64,000 bases of DNA from Octopus vulgaris (taxonomy: Eukaryota), in assembly GCA_951406725.2 (NCBI GenBank), contig OX597828.1, forward strand, positions 61,566,001-61,630,000, given 5' to 3'. The number at the start of each line of letters is the position of its first letter. The stretch's first letter is position 1. This document shows positions 1-14,041 of this stretch, piece by piece. The notes beneath the pieces were generated by a model. It had not been told where the DNA came from. It made no database searches and saw only the letters and a list, made by a program, of their open reading frames with translations. A program made the position numbers and the translations under genes.

Positions 1-866
1 TGAACGCATCATACCACATTCAAGAAGTAATATATTTGCAACCTTTGCAGTGACATAAATGATGGGAATTTAAAGAGTTAAAAAAGTCTCTAGAAAATAC
101 AAAATATAAGATATTAATTGTTACTTTCGGTACACTACAATTACATTCAGTAAATAAATTTTCACAAGAAAATAAAAATCAGCAGTAGATTTCTTTTTAC
201 TATAACATGTTTAGCTGACGTGTGAGCAGGCAAGTCCATACATGCCAATCAGTAAACATTTAATAAGTGTATGTGAAAACAAATATATCACCAAAATACC
301 TCGCCTTCTTACAGATCAGATGCGTACACTTGAAAATATAAACGATGTCTGAGTAAGATGTAACAACATATCGAACAGACAAATGTGTTGCAGGTCTCTG
401 CCTAGAATCTCAAACTTTGTCTCACTGTTTTCCAGTTGAGAAATCTTTAAAAACAAAAGGGTCTTTAAAATTAAATAATGATGTAATCAAGAGACCAACC
501 ATTAGTTTTCATTGGAGAAAATATCAAACTGATTGATTGACGGAAGTAAAACAAATGGAATTCCACAAATGCTTTGAATGACATCATGAGGGAACTAACC
601 AATCAGGATTATTCATCCCTACTATATAAAACAAATAACTACGAGAACAAGAAAAAATTACAAATGAAAGTTTGATATTTAACTTTATGTCGACAACAAA
701 CACTGTCAAATATGAAAAATTGCCGAACAAGGTCCCACAAAAGATTTAGAGTGGATTCATATGAGACACGACTTCTAACAATCATGAAATTACAAAACTG
801 GCCAACTAAATATTAATATATTTTCATATAGACTTCAAGTGTATTTTCAATTTCTTTTCTTTTCTC

Positions 867-870
<4 letters not shown>

Positions 871-916
<46 letters not shown>

Positions 917-917
917 C

Positions 918-950
<33 letters not shown>

Positions 951-1167
951 TGCGTGTGGGTGTGAGTATGTGTGTATGTGTGTTGTGTATTGATATATAA
1001 ATATTAAGATGTAACATATATGAATATATATATATATACATACATACATGTACACTCTTACAAACACACACACGTACGCACACATGCACACGCACACACA
1101 TACACACATACACACATGTGTGTGTTGCAATTCATGTATATATATATATATGTTCATGTAAATGTAC

Positions 1168-1232
<65 letters not shown>
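871..1232. repeat. Compound (CA)n/(TG)n/(TA)n microsatellite cluster
   Basis: Dinucleotide runs read directly. Similar clusters occur throughout the window (e.g. 1687-1784, 6620-7140, 27330-27615, 47730-48110, 48670-48960). Confidence 0.97.
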
Positions 1233-1682
1233 CATACATGCAGTTTTCTAGATGGTTAATTGCCACATCAGTGATTCTTCAATAATTATTTTCCTACATC
1301 AGCGACGACAAGATTTTGTCTTAATATGCCAGTGGCTACCTACTATTGACGGAGCCCAAAAAAGCAGAAACGCTCACCGAGCAATATCAACACCGCTTCT
1401 AGTAGACGATCTTTCCATCTGCTGTTGATATATTTCCCGTTATTTAACATTGTACATCTATGAAAGATATTACTTCAGGATGAATACTAAAGTTAATAAG
1501 GCTTTTCCTGATGTACCTGGATTCAGTGCGATACACAGATTGCTGTTTTAAATTAATGCTGTTTCTACTGCGGATAACGAATATATACATGTCTGTGTGC
1601 GTGTGTGTGCACATTGAAATATGCAACAAAAATATATATAAGAAAATGTAGTAACCATATGAAAAATATCAAGAAAGACACG

Positions 1683-1786
<104 letters not shown>

Positions 1787-2453
1787 AAAAGGAAAGACAA
1801 TAATATAAAATAAACGGTTATAAGTTGTTTATAGTACGGAAATCATTAATAGTGGCAATAAGATTAGATTTAAAGTAAAATGAAAAAATAGAAAAGCGAA
1901 TCAAACCGGCTGTAATATTTGTAAAGCTTTAACAGAGAAGTCAAGTGTCAAAATGGTGAATGTGCGCTGTGATTTATGGAGCTACAACAGACTCTTGGGA
2001 CAACTTGAAGTAAGCTTGGTTATATGAAGAAACAAAAATGGATATTTAATTCTATTGGTTTGGCAGCCACGACCAGCATTGGCTGATTGCATTGGCTGAC
2101 TAAAATTATAACTCAAGCGTGTGTGTTTATGTGTGTGTGCTTACTCGCCTGCGCTTGTATGTGTGCGTGTATGTTTTCGTGCGTCTGAAAATGTATGTGT
2201 ATTCTTTTATTTTGCTGTATGTGTGGACGTTTCGATAATGAGAAAAGGGTAGGAATTATTCGGAAAGATTGAACGAGAGAGGAAACACATTATATATTAC
2301 GTGTATGCGTGTGCGCACGTGTCTACATGAGTGTGTGCGCGCGCAGAGCGTTATATGTTATATATAATATACGGAGAGAGAGCGAGAGAGAGGGAGACTT
2401 ATACATACATAACACATATTATACTGCGTTATATTATTTTATATAAATATGCT

Positions 2454-2672
2454 CAGAGAGAGAGAGGGGGGGAGAGGGGGAGAGAGGGGGGGAGAGAGCA
2501 AGAGAGAGAGAGAGAGAGAGAGCAAGAGAGAGAGAGCAAGAGAGAGAGAGAGCAAGAGAGAGAGAGAGCAAGAGAGAGAGAGAGCAAGAGAGAGAGAGAG
2601 CAGAGAGAGAGAGCAAGAGAGAGAGAGAGCAAGAGAGAGAGAGCAAGAGAGAGAGAGCAGGAGAGAGAGAAA
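2454..2672. repeat. (GA)n tract periodically interrupted by GCAA
   Basis: Units of gcaa(ga)n repeated about 10 times. Confidence 0.95.
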
Positions 2673-2993
2673 CAAGACAAGTGAGAGCGCTAGCACGAGA
2701 GAAAGGAAGAAAAACAGCACGGTATTTATGCTTTGTATAACGTATACGGATTCCAGAAAGTTGACCATTGTTAATTACACGAACCTTAAAAGCTCTGTTA
2801 AAGGACGCGATCCGCCTGATTCAGATGTATTCACACACTTTCGTAGAAGCACACGAACATAAATATGGAACAGGGATGGGGAAAGAAAGAGAGAGGAATA
2901 ATGGATTCCAGACAATATATCAAAATTAAGAGGAATAGTAACAATAATATCAATAAAATAGTATTCAAATTAAAAAAAATTTAATAGCGATAG

Positions 2994-3044
<51 letters not shown>

Positions 3045-3046
<2 letters not shown>

Positions 3047-3242
3047 CTTTCTACTAAAAGCACAAGGTCTGAAATTTAGAGGAGGGTAAGTCGATTACAT
3101 CGACTCCCCTACTCAACTTGTACTTATTTTATCGACCCCGAAAGGATAAATGGTAAAGTCGACCTCAGATGAATTTGAATTCAGAACGAAATACCGCTAA
3201 GAATTTCGCCCGGCGTACTAACGATTCTGCCAGCTTACCGCC
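3045..3242 (-). mobile_element. tRNA-derived SINE, family A
   Basis: Reverse complement of the 23391 copy (gtcgattacatcgac...tacttattttatcgaccccgaaagga...gtcgacctc...ctgccagct); abuts (GAT)n. Confidence 0.85.
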
Positions 3243-3319
3243 TTAATGATGATGATTATGATTACGATGATGATGATGACGACGATGACGACGACGACGA
3301 TGATGACGATGATGATGAT

Positions 3320-4090
3320 GATTTCCTTTATTAGCCACAGAAGTATAGTTGAGCAGACATCAGAAGGATACTCAACAATTTGTGTGGGAATTTACATAAC
3401 AGATAAGAAGAGAGAAATAGGAAAGATAGTGAAATGCAATGAAAGTCTACATAGTATGTGCTACCATGAATGATGCAGTCATCCTTTTACAGAAGAAACT
3501 CCAACTAGAACCAATCAAAGAACTTCACAGATCCAGGATTACTATAATCGCCAAAAGCACGAACTTTCATCCAACTGCTGTTCTCCAATATACAAGTACA
3601 TGCTTACAGAAGGATCACCTTAACCATTTTTACCTCATTTACCCATCTCTTCTTAAATTCACTTGGAAGTAGTACCTTCTTCTTCACCCTCATTTTACTT
3701 TCCAAGTGGAACTTAAAAATTCGGTTAGGACTTGACCGAAGAGGAAGATGTCTTTTCTCTATAGAACTTTCACCGACCGCATAGACCGACTGGTAGAGGG
3801 TAGAGAGTGCCTTACGACATTTCAAGTGCCAAGCGCTCGATCTTATTTTTTCCATGACCCAGGACTGCGACGCCGTCAAAAGACATGAGCTGCAGAAAGG
3901 TGTGTCTTACAAATGGAGACCACATCGGTTCACAGTCCAGCAAAATCTCTAAGTGGCGTAGCCAGAAAGCGTGTCTGCACATTGCATGAGAACGCCGGCA
4001 GTAGATGCACCACCTCACTAGGGACACTCATCCTTTCCACAGGAAGCGGAAAAGTAAATGCTCCAGTCTGGCCAGTCAGAGTGGAGCATA
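3320..4090 (-). mobile_element. Decayed 3' end of an L1/Tx1-like LINE ORF2 plus 3' UTR
   Basis: Minus-strand peptide IFKFHLESKMRVKKKVLLPSEFKKRW resembles Tx1-type ORF2 C-termini; ends AATAAA followed by a (CAT)n tail. Confidence 0.45.
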
Positions 4091-4229
4091 TATATCTGAA
4101 TATATATGCATATATATATATAACAGTCAGGCGGTAAGTTATGAGGGAAGTGTTATATTTGTTTGCCACTTCTGATCGACCTTTCAGGGATAATTTCCTC
4201 TTCACCCATTTCTGGGGTTGGGGTGGGGG

Positions 4230-4362
4230 AGCTAGTCGATTACATCGACCACAGTACTTGATAGGTACTAAATTTATCGACCCGGAAAGGATCTAAATCA
4301 AAATCGACCTCAGCGGAATTTGAACACAGAACGTAAAGATGGGTGAAATGTTACTAAACATC
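4230..4362 (-). mobile_element. SINE family A, partial
   Basis: gtcgattacatcgac...tttatcgacccggaaagga...gcggaatttgaac matches family A. Confidence 0.8.
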
Positions 4363-4614
4363 ATAGACATGCATTCCCATACACACATGCCCGAGCATAA
4401 GCACAGGCCCACGTGCAACTGCCTTCTGATAACCTCAGATCCACATACACAACCAGTCTCGTAACTCCGCAGGAGTAACCATATTTGATGGTGCTTGGTT
4501 GGACTGTCAGTATAAATGAGGGAGTAGTCTTTACGGGTAGCCGTGGTCTTGACTATAGAGCAGGCAGGCCTAAAGTGGTATATCTCGATTGATGGGTGTC
4601 AGTGGTTAGAAGTT

Positions 4615-4895
4615 CATGGGGACGACGGCCGGGCAATATCAAGCAACACGAACGACCACGCAATGGACAAGTTCAAGAAGGGTATGATAAATATCTTCAA
4701 AATGTTCGGCCTCTCTTTAACAATTACCACCAATTTGACAAAGATCAATTTCCTCGACGTAACCCTAGACCTGAAGGCGGACAAGTACAAACCCTTATAG
4801 GAAGCCCTACAAACAAAACAAGTATATCCACAGAAACTCCACACCCCCACCCCAACTATAATTAGAAACCTAGTCACAGGCATAAGTAGAACAAT
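4615..4895 (+). mobile_element. Penelope-like RT fragment
   Basis: GDDGRAISS...MDKFKKGMINIFKMFGLSLTITTNLTKINFLDVTLDL, homologous to 63626-64000. DDG and FLDVTL are PLE RT motifs. Confidence 0.85.
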
Positions 4896-5664
4896 CTAAA
4901 ATATTAGTGGATAGCTTAGATTTTTCTACTTCTGCATGTGAATGCTGCAGGAATGTTGCAATTGATCGTTTTCATGTGTTTGAAAAATAGCGTCGAATGC
5001 TGTATTTTAATTTGGATATAACACTATTCTTATATTCTTCGTTAACTTTGAACTCACCAAGATACTTTAGGAGAGTTTTGCTATAGGAATTAGATGTGGT
5101 CGAGATATGTTGACTTTTTAGAATTAATATATTTTTTTATTATTTCATTATTTGTTTATTTTGATAATTTAGATTGAATAAATAAGGCGAGTTACGTCTG
5201 CCGATTGTTTTTCTTGTTCATTATTCTATTTGATTCTCTGCGTGACTCCAAACTTATCTCACCATTTAGCAACATATTATAACTATCTTCTAATGAGTTG
5301 TGTTTACTTTAAGACATAAAGAAAAGGAATTTGCTTCCTTTTCTGCTCTGATGTATGATCGTAGTGCAAGTTAGCATTATATTAATTGCTACAAGACTGA
5401 CAGCTTTAGAAGAAGGGAACAAATTCAAAACAATCAGACAATAACAATAAACAGTATAAAACAATAAACAACAAAACCTGCAAAAGAACGAGAATTATAT
5501 CTTGATATATGTTGCTTGAACGTTCTCGGAAAAATTTAATTCATGAAAGCATTTTGATGTTATAGAAAGGAAGAAATCACCCAAACTAAGGCAGTTATGA
5601 ATGAATGTAAAATGAAAAGAGAAATTTATACAGCAGAAAAATCAACTCTGTGATAATCTGTTTT

Positions 5665-6624
5665 CTGTTACCCGTTTCATTCATTGGATTGCAGACATTT
5701 TGAGCCATCGCTCGTTAACAGTTTAGTCGATGAAATTAAACCCTAGGAGTTATTTTGGTGGTCTGGCGGGTCAACGCGCGGGTACACGTATATATGTATA
5801 CATACATAGGGCTTCAACACAGATTCCTACTATCGAATTCATAAACAGAGAATTGCTCAGCCCTTGACTATAAAAGAAGATGCAGTGAAGCTGAAACTAT
5901 GGTGGCGAAGTGAACTTAACGATTCAGGCATGGCTGCACTTATATACATATTCTTTTATTCTTTTACTTGCTTCAGTCATTTCACTGCAGCCATGCTGGG
6001 GCACAGCCTTTAGTCGAGCAAATCGACCACAGAACTTATTCTTTTTTAAGCTTAGTACTAACTTTATCGGTCTCTTTTGCCGAACCACTAATTTACGGGG
6101 AGGTAAACACACGAGCATCGGTTACCACGCATTCTTGGGGGGGGGGGGCAGCCAGACAGACAGACACACGTATGCACCTCCCCTCCACACACATATATAC
6201 GACGGGCTTCTTTCCGTCTACCAAATCCACTCACAAGGCTTTGGTCGGCCCAAGGCTATAGTAGAAGACACCTGCCAAGGTGCCACACAGTGGGATTGAA
6301 CTCGGGACCACAGAGCCACTCATATATATATATATGCCTTATGTATGTCTCCATCGTCCTTCACCCTCCATAAATACAAAACTATGGGAGTAACTGCTTT
6401 CGAAGATTCATATTTATTTCAGTCAATTGACTGCGACCATGCTGGAGCACCGCCTTTAGTCCAACAAATCGACCCTAGAACTTATTCTTTGTAAGCCTAG
6501 TACTTATTCTATCGGTCTCTTTTCCGAACCGCTAAATTACGGGGACGTAAACACACGAGCATCGGTTGTCGAGCGATGTTGGGGACAAACACAGACACAC
6601 AAAGACACACATATATACATATAC

Positions 6625-6704
<80 letters not shown>

Positions 6705-6863
6705 CGGACTTCTTTCAGTTTCCCTCTAACAAGTCCACTCACAAGGCTTTGGTCGGGCCAAGACTATAGTAGAGGACACTTTCCCAAGATACCATGCAGC
6801 GGGACTGAACCGGGAACCATGTGGTTGGTAAGCAAGCTACTTACCACACAGCCACGCCTGCGC
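5665..6863 (-). mobile_element. Three tandem copies of tRNA-derived SINE family B (~5665-5930 degenerate, ~5950-6320, ~6415-6863)
   Basis: Repeated blocks gtttcagtcatt...ccatgctggagcaccgcc, ccaaatccactcacaaggctttggtcggccc. The minus-strand head has A-box tggctgtgtgg and B-box ggttcagtccc. Confidence 0.9.
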
Positions 6864-7042
6864 GTATATATATATACACACACACATATATATATATATA
6901 TATAGTAAATATATATATACAAATATCTGAATATATATGCATATATATATATACATATATATACGTAAAAATCTATATATATATATATATACATCTATGC
7001 CTATACATCTATACATGTATATATATACAAATATATATATGC

Positions 7043-7143
<101 letters not shown>

Positions 7144-7149
7144 GCTTAT

Positions 7150-7490
7150 ATATTTGGTGTGCAAGATTTTTTATGTGAAATCGTGTGTTGAAACAGATAT
7201 TGTTGTATTTCGGAATGGTCATTTTGCCAGTTTGGCCAATAAAAACACACACACTATAGATTTGGTGTTATTTTGCTTCAGCGTTATTTATTTTTTACAT
7301 TAATCTTAATCTTATTTCGGCCAGAGTTCTTTCGTCACACTCCTGTGACCGCATCAGTGGTCCTTTGCTTTCTTCTTTCTTATTTGTGTGTCTCTCCTTA
7401 CTAACGGTCAACCATTTTGTATTTCTATTATATGTGTTTTCATTTGCGCATGCGTATATCTCTATGTGCGTATATGTTTAGTTAGTGTGT
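7150..7490 (-). mobile_element. Probable solo PLE pseudo-LTR
   Basis: Non-coding block abutting (TA)n and carrying an HHR motif at 7319-7363. Confidence 0.55.
7319..7363 (-). ncRNA. Minimal hammerhead ribozyme-like motif (A9->C variant)
   Basis: Minus strand: CCA-CTGATGC-G-GTCAC(aggagt)GTGAC-GAAAG-AA-CTC-TGG. Confidence 0.6.
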
Positions 7491-7606
7491 GTGGAGGGGG
7501 AATGCCTGTAATATTTGTATCTTCTGTTTATATACGTTCGTGTACTTTGTTTTTTTTTTGTTTATTCTTATTTTGTTCATGTGTTTACATCCACTTTTTA
7601 TTATTA

Positions 7607-7664
<58 letters not shown>

Positions 7665-7967
7665 GTATGCTTGTATGTATGTATGTATGTATAACAACAA
7701 CATGTATGTAGAACGAATATATATATACATATATATAATTTTCTCCAGTAGGGAGGAACGCGTACGATTGCATCACAGATAAATGTTGAGAATAGGAGAA
7801 ATCATTTTATTTATTTACTTTCCGGAAATTAACTGTTGGAATTTGAAAAATATGTAGTTTATTCCAATCTTAAAACTATGATATTTTATGATTCATATAT
7901 ATGGGTATTTGTAAGGGAATGCTTTCTTTCTGTCTACATATTCCACGAGAAACACACACACACAGAT

Positions 7968-8003
<36 letters not shown>

Positions 8004-9753
8004 ATTCTTTATTGAGTAAGGCCTCGGATTTCAAGAAATGAATAACGACTGCTAGATGTTATTGAGTATTTTATTGGTACATATTCACCCAAAAGCATGT
8101 GTGTGTGTTCCTATGTGCATGTAATTATTCATCGTAATAACGACAGCAACTCCTTGTAAGGAAACTGGGAAAGTTAAATTTGAAAAACGAAGGTTTTCCG
8201 GAGACGCACAAGAAAGACAGTTCCAATTTTGGGATGGTAGACTTAACCCGTCACCTGTTTTAACACTGCAACTGGTTATTGGTGACCTTTTGCGAAGTTC
8301 TCTCCGTTGAAAATATTCTTCTTAAATCTCCAGCCTTAGAAAAATTTCTTTTAATCACTGATTTTAATAACTTTTAATTTACATTATTCAACAAAATGTA
8401 AATAAAAATGTAAATTCAAGTCTGCCACCGTTACTTGAATATTATGTATTAACATAACCTCATCTCATTTGACCAATTCTGTTTCTCTTATTATTCACGC
8501 GTCAATGAAATGTATAAGTTGCATAGTATAGTATATAGTTTGCTCCATCACCTCCTGTGTATGATCTTTGTTCAATAACTCTTTTTTATCGTGTGACTAT
8601 TTACGCTGTGTAATCTGCTGTTAAATTCCATTGTTGGGAAAAGGCTATTCATACCTGACCTACGCGATCCTTTGAACTGAAAGAAAAGGTGGTCTCTCTC
8701 AACCTAAACCCTATCATTTGTTAGGAAACATTTTTTGCCAACATTATATGTATCGATAACACAGCGTAAAAATCTCGTTTGTATACAAAATGTGTTCTCA
8801 GAGAGAAGTATAGAGCTCAGTGTGATATGACATGTTCCAAATCTTAGTCTGGGATTTCATCTGTGACACTGTTCACAAATACACTGTCATTAGAACTCTA
8901 ACAAACTGGATAAACCGATTTAATTTGATAATTGAAATATTGAGTTTTGTTTTATTACAAGCATTATTATATACACTATGTTTGAAGAGATAACGGATGA
9001 CGTCATCGACACGGCCGAAACTTCGATGTTCGATTTCTTTGCGCAGTCAGGGATATTTTGGGGGCCTAAACAACACCAACTAGCATAGCCTAATGAGGGA
9101 GCCTATATACAGTTGATTATCTAGCTTGAAATAATAACTGAATTGCCCTGAAAATCACTGCTTACACTCTCAAATAAAGTTACAATGGACAACGTAGTTC
9201 CTGATGAAAGACAGGATGGTTTCGGCTGGATATACTTCATAATAGGGTTGCTCCGTCAAGGCCTGATACGAAGCTGAACAGAAGCAGGAAAGACAACAAT
9301 TGGCAAGGCAGTCAATAAGCAACCTACTCCTCCTCCACCACCACAATCATCATCTCTACTACCGCCACCGATACCAACAGTACCAACACAGCTACTGCCG
9401 TCACTACTAATTCTAATACAAATACTAATACTGCGATGACGACGATAAAGACGGCCACAACCGCCACCATTATCACAACCATTAACATTATCAATGTTTA
9501 GGGAAGCAATACCTCCCACAATTCAGCAATAACAGCTTTTGCCTTATCCTTCGATTTGATCGTAATATTCGCTTTAAAGTCTGTTTGTCTGCCTCGACAC
9601 TCGCTGTCATAATTAATTGTGGCGCCTTTAAGGATTATCTTGCGTAACATTGAAGTTATTAGGTTTCTCTATACTACTAGAAAACTACACACACTTATAC
9701 TACTTTAACACCGATTACAATAAGAGATGTGTAAACGCAACTTTGTGTGTGCG

Positions 9754-9812
<59 letters not shown>

Positions 9813-9836
9813 CATGTATGTATATATATATGTATG

Positions 9837-9887
<51 letters not shown>

Positions 9888-11219
9888 CATACATGTATGT
9901 ATGTATATATGTACGCATGTATTTATGTCTATATGTATTTACACGCACACGCACACGCATACATGAAGACGCATACTCACATCCATGTAGTTGAGAAAGA
10001 AGTGGGGCGAGATTGATAGAGATGAAGAAGTAGAGAAAATGATAAGTGTACATAAGTATGTAAGTAATTGTCGTATTCGATGTCAAAGAATGTTCATTAT
10101 TTTAAATGGTGCCAAAAATAGGAGGAGAATAGAGCAAAAAGTGAGAAAAAGTTTTGAAATACCATCATGAAGTGTTAATTCATGTTCCAAACATAAACAA
10201 TATGATGTGTGATATTAATCTATTTATTTCGTCTGTCACCCCACGTTGGATAGCGTTATACACAATTGCTATACAACGCCATTGTCTGGTCTAAATCTTT
10301 AAAATTAGCCATGTATAAGAGTGTGTATAAAACTGCAATCAACAGATGTCGACTTTGCAGCCATTTATCACCTCGGCTGGCACATCACAGAATCACTCTG
10401 GTCGTCATTTCATTACCAGATTTTCACGGATGTTTATAACGTCACAAAAACAACAGCCAAATTTGAAAAAATAAAATAAAATAAGATAACCAAAATTATT
10501 TTTTAAAAAGATATGAGAAAGAAAAGAAAAAACGTGTTACATACATTTGACTTTCTCCTTGTACCTGCCAACTGTGTGTGTGGCCATAAACCAATTTGAT
10601 AGAATCACATATAGTCGTGTTCCTTTTCTTTCCGTTGCTTTCTCTGACGGAAAATATACTTGTAAGATGGGAATGTTATCATGTGTGTGTGTATGTGTGT
10701 GTATGTGTGTGTGTGTGTGTGTGGGGGGGCGTGTGCGTGTGTGTATGCATGTGTGCGTGTGTTAGTGTTTGTGTGTATCAGTGTGTGTGTGTGTGTTGGC
10801 GTGTAAACGTAAATACACATGTATTTATATGTATATATTTGTATATATGTAGATATGCGCATACATATGTGTATGTTGGGGTGAGGGTGCGGCTATGTAA
10901 AATTATGTATATTAACAAATATAATAAACATATATATACACATATAAAAATACACGCGCATACTCGAACATATAAGCGTTTATACGATATATATTAATAT
11001 ATAATAACAAGTGTGAATTGGTGTAGAAAACAAACATTAATTGAAGCAGTCTCATCATAATAATCGATAGTGACCGTATCTGTGTGCCTCAAAGTTTCCC
11101 CGATAAAACTAGCTTCTACAACTTAGGAAATGTAATCCTAGATTTACAGGATTTTATTTATAACTTTTATCCGTTTCTAGATTCACCCTTCCTAGAAAGA
11201 ATTCCATAGATATAAATGA

Positions 11220-11345
11220 CGGTGTACTAAGAAGTTTGCTTCTCAAACACATGGTTCCAAGTTCAGTCCCACGACGTTGAACCTTGGGCAGATGTCTTCT
11301 AGTGTAAGCCTCAGCTCGGCCAAAGCCTTCTGGGTGGATTTGAGA
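11220..11345 (+). mobile_element. SINE family B head, partial
   Basis: catggttccaagttcagtccc...accttgggcagatgtcttct...caaagccttctgggtggattt. Confidence 0.75.
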
Positions 11346-11809
11346 GACCTGTTATGGTGTGTTTACGTCAATGCAGTACCTAGGTTTCCGACTCTTCAAA
11401 TACGTTTGTCAACGTAAATTATCCGATTCTGGGTTGTCCATTTATCTAATGTTCTTCCTAGAGGTACGACAAATTTTTAATTTTTGGTGTACTCACACGT
11501 CTTTCCCAGTATATACTAAGATTACTAAGGCTTTCATTAATGCCATCGACAGGTTTTCAGATTTAAGCAATTACATTCGATGGGATAAACAAAAAAAATT
11601 GTTAAAGATCTTTTTACCCAACTACGGCAAATCATTGAATCATAACAAACAGATAGCCGTGAATAATGAAATGCTTCGCTGCTTAAGTAAAATTGTTCAA
11701 ACTTAAAATGATTCATAATATTAAACTTGTAACAAAGCAAAAACACACAAAAAAAAATACACAGAAAAGCAAGATTATGAGAAGCGCAAACAAGAAAGGA
11801 AAGTTGACC

Positions 11810-11968
11810 CTCCTCCTCCTCCTCCACCACCACCACCTCCTCCTCCTCCTCCTCCTCCTCCTCCCCTCTTACTACTACTACTACTACTACTACAACTACT
11901 GCTGCTGTTGTGGCTACTGCTGTTGCTGCTACTAGTACTGTTGTTGTTTGTGGTGTTGTTGTTGTTGT

Positions 11969-11999
<31 letters not shown>
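11810..11999. repeat. Compound trinucleotide array (CCT)(CCA)(CTA)(CTG)(GTT)(GAT)
   Basis: Read directly. Confidence 0.95.
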
Positions 12000-12001
<2 letters not shown>

Positions 12002-12671
12002 CCTCTTTCAGTAACAAGCAACGACTGGAAATCTAGAGGTACTCACTTTCAAAGCAACTCTTTAACTCAAAACTGTCAATTCCACAACACCTGATTTGCA
12101 ACGAACACTTCGTTGACCCAGACATATTTACCTCAAACTGTCAAATATAAAACATACAAGCTAACAGCCATTTTTAACGTCTAAAAATAAAAAAAAAATA
12201 AAATGGAGTCTAACTAGGGATTCGAATCAGACGTTGTGAGAGACGCATAAAGCAACTTTAGTTTCATAAATTCTTTCATGTAACAAAGTCACAAATACAT
12301 GTGAAGAAATGGGCATGATATTATGTCATAAAAACCTATAAGATATTTCATATTAAAATAACGCAAAGTGGATCAGATCCTGATTTTATATTTCCACCAC
12401 ATATATTTCACTTAAATGTTGTGCTTATGGCGAGAAAAGAATACTATTTTCTTGGAGCCATACATTTTCTCAGTAAAATTACACATTCACGTGCGTTGCC
12501 AATATTCACAAGCCACATGAGTCTGGATAACGTGAAAATGAAATAATGTTAATAATGGTTACACGAGACCACAACATAAATATGTACATAAATATGCGCA
12601 ATAAACACACACATGTAGAGAAACTGTTAAGTAGTAAATATGAATCATATTCCATATGGATATACACGGAC

Positions 12672-12800
<129 letters not shown>

Positions 12801-12846
12801 GAGGGAGAGTCAATGTATGTGTGAGAAAGATGTTAGTATATATTAA

Positions 12847-12895
12847 ACTAGCTGACATACCTGGCGTTACTCGGGATTAAAATGGCGTAGTTTTT
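12847..12895 (-). mobile_element. Helitron-like 3' terminus
   Basis: Minus strand cccgagtaacgccagg (hairpin-like) followed by tatgtcagCTAGt; a second similar copy lies at 15690-15728. Confidence 0.5.
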
Positions 12896-13015
12896 TTTAA
12901 TTTTATTTGTTTCAGTCATTTTACTTTATATGTATATACATATATATTCTTTTATTCCATTACTCTTTTACTTGTTTCACTCATTTAGCAGCAACCATGC
13001 TGGAGCATTGCATTT

Positions 13016-13300
13016 AGTGAGTGGATTTGGTAGACGGAAACTGAAAGAAGCCCGTCGTATATATGTGTATACTTGTGTGTCTGTCTCTGTGTTTGTACCA
13101 CCACCATCGCTTGACAACCGATGTTGGTGTGTCTACGTCCCCGTAACTTAGCGGTTCAGCACAAGTAACCGATAGAATAAGTGCTAGGCTTACAAAAAAT
13201 AAGTCCTGGTGTCGATTTATTCGACTAAAGGCAGTGCTCCAGCATGGCCGCAGTCAAATGAGTGAAAGAAGTAAAAGAGTAATGGAATAAAATAATATAT
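13016..13300 (+). mobile_element. SINE family B, 5'-truncated
   Basis: gtggatttggtagacggaaactgaaagaagcccgtcg...gctccagcatggccgcagtcaaatga. Confidence 0.88.
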
Positions 13301-13310
13301 ATACATAGAA

Positions 13311-13351
<41 letters not shown>

Positions 13352-13434
13352 CATATACACACATACACGCACATACACATATATATATACATATACATAT
13401 ATACATATATATACACACACACATATTGTGTTGT

Positions 13435-13925
13435 GACCCCCTTCTGTCATGAATGACCATGGGATTGCACCTAGAAAGTTACCCTCCGAGGCACAAGCCT
13501 GGGCAAGGTTGTTTATGGAAGAGCAGCAGTCGTCATGCATACCAGCCTCCCCTCTCCACGCCAAGGGAAAGGCAAAGGCCGATACAATTTGGCACCAGTG
13601 ACATCGTAGCTCATTTATTAACGAGCAAGTGGCTGAGCACGCCACAGACACGTGTACCCTTAACGTAGTTCTCCGGGAGATTCAGCGTGACACAGAGTGT
13701 GACAAAGTTGGCCCTTTGAAATACAGGTACAACAGAAACAGGACGAAAGAGTGAGAGAAAGTTGTGGCGAAAGAGTACATCAGGGTTCGTCACCATCCCC
13801 TGTCGGAGCCTCGTGGAGCTTTACGTGTTTTCGCTCAATAAACACTCACAATGCTCGGTCTGGGAATCGAAACCACGATCCTACGCCCGCGAGTTCGCTG
13901 CCCTAACCACTGGGCCATTGCGCCT

Positions 13926-13927
<2 letters not shown>
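13435..13927 (-). mobile_element. SINE with a family C tRNA-like head/body (13927-13617) joined to tail module D (13616-13435)
   Basis: 13617-13927 is the reverse complement of 38176-38485; 13435-13580 matches 27905-28060. Confidence 0.85.
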
Positions 13928-13995
<68 letters not shown>

Positions 13996-14041
13996 GCATA
14001 TATATGTATATATATGTATATATATATATGTATATATATGT

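Noticed and set aside
345-630. ctgagtaagatgt..acatatcgaac HHR-like string, and CCAAT/TATA motifs at ~598 and ~623
   Set aside because: The core and cleavage triplet do not fit. Promoter words are expected by chance in AT-rich DNA and no downstream gene is visible.
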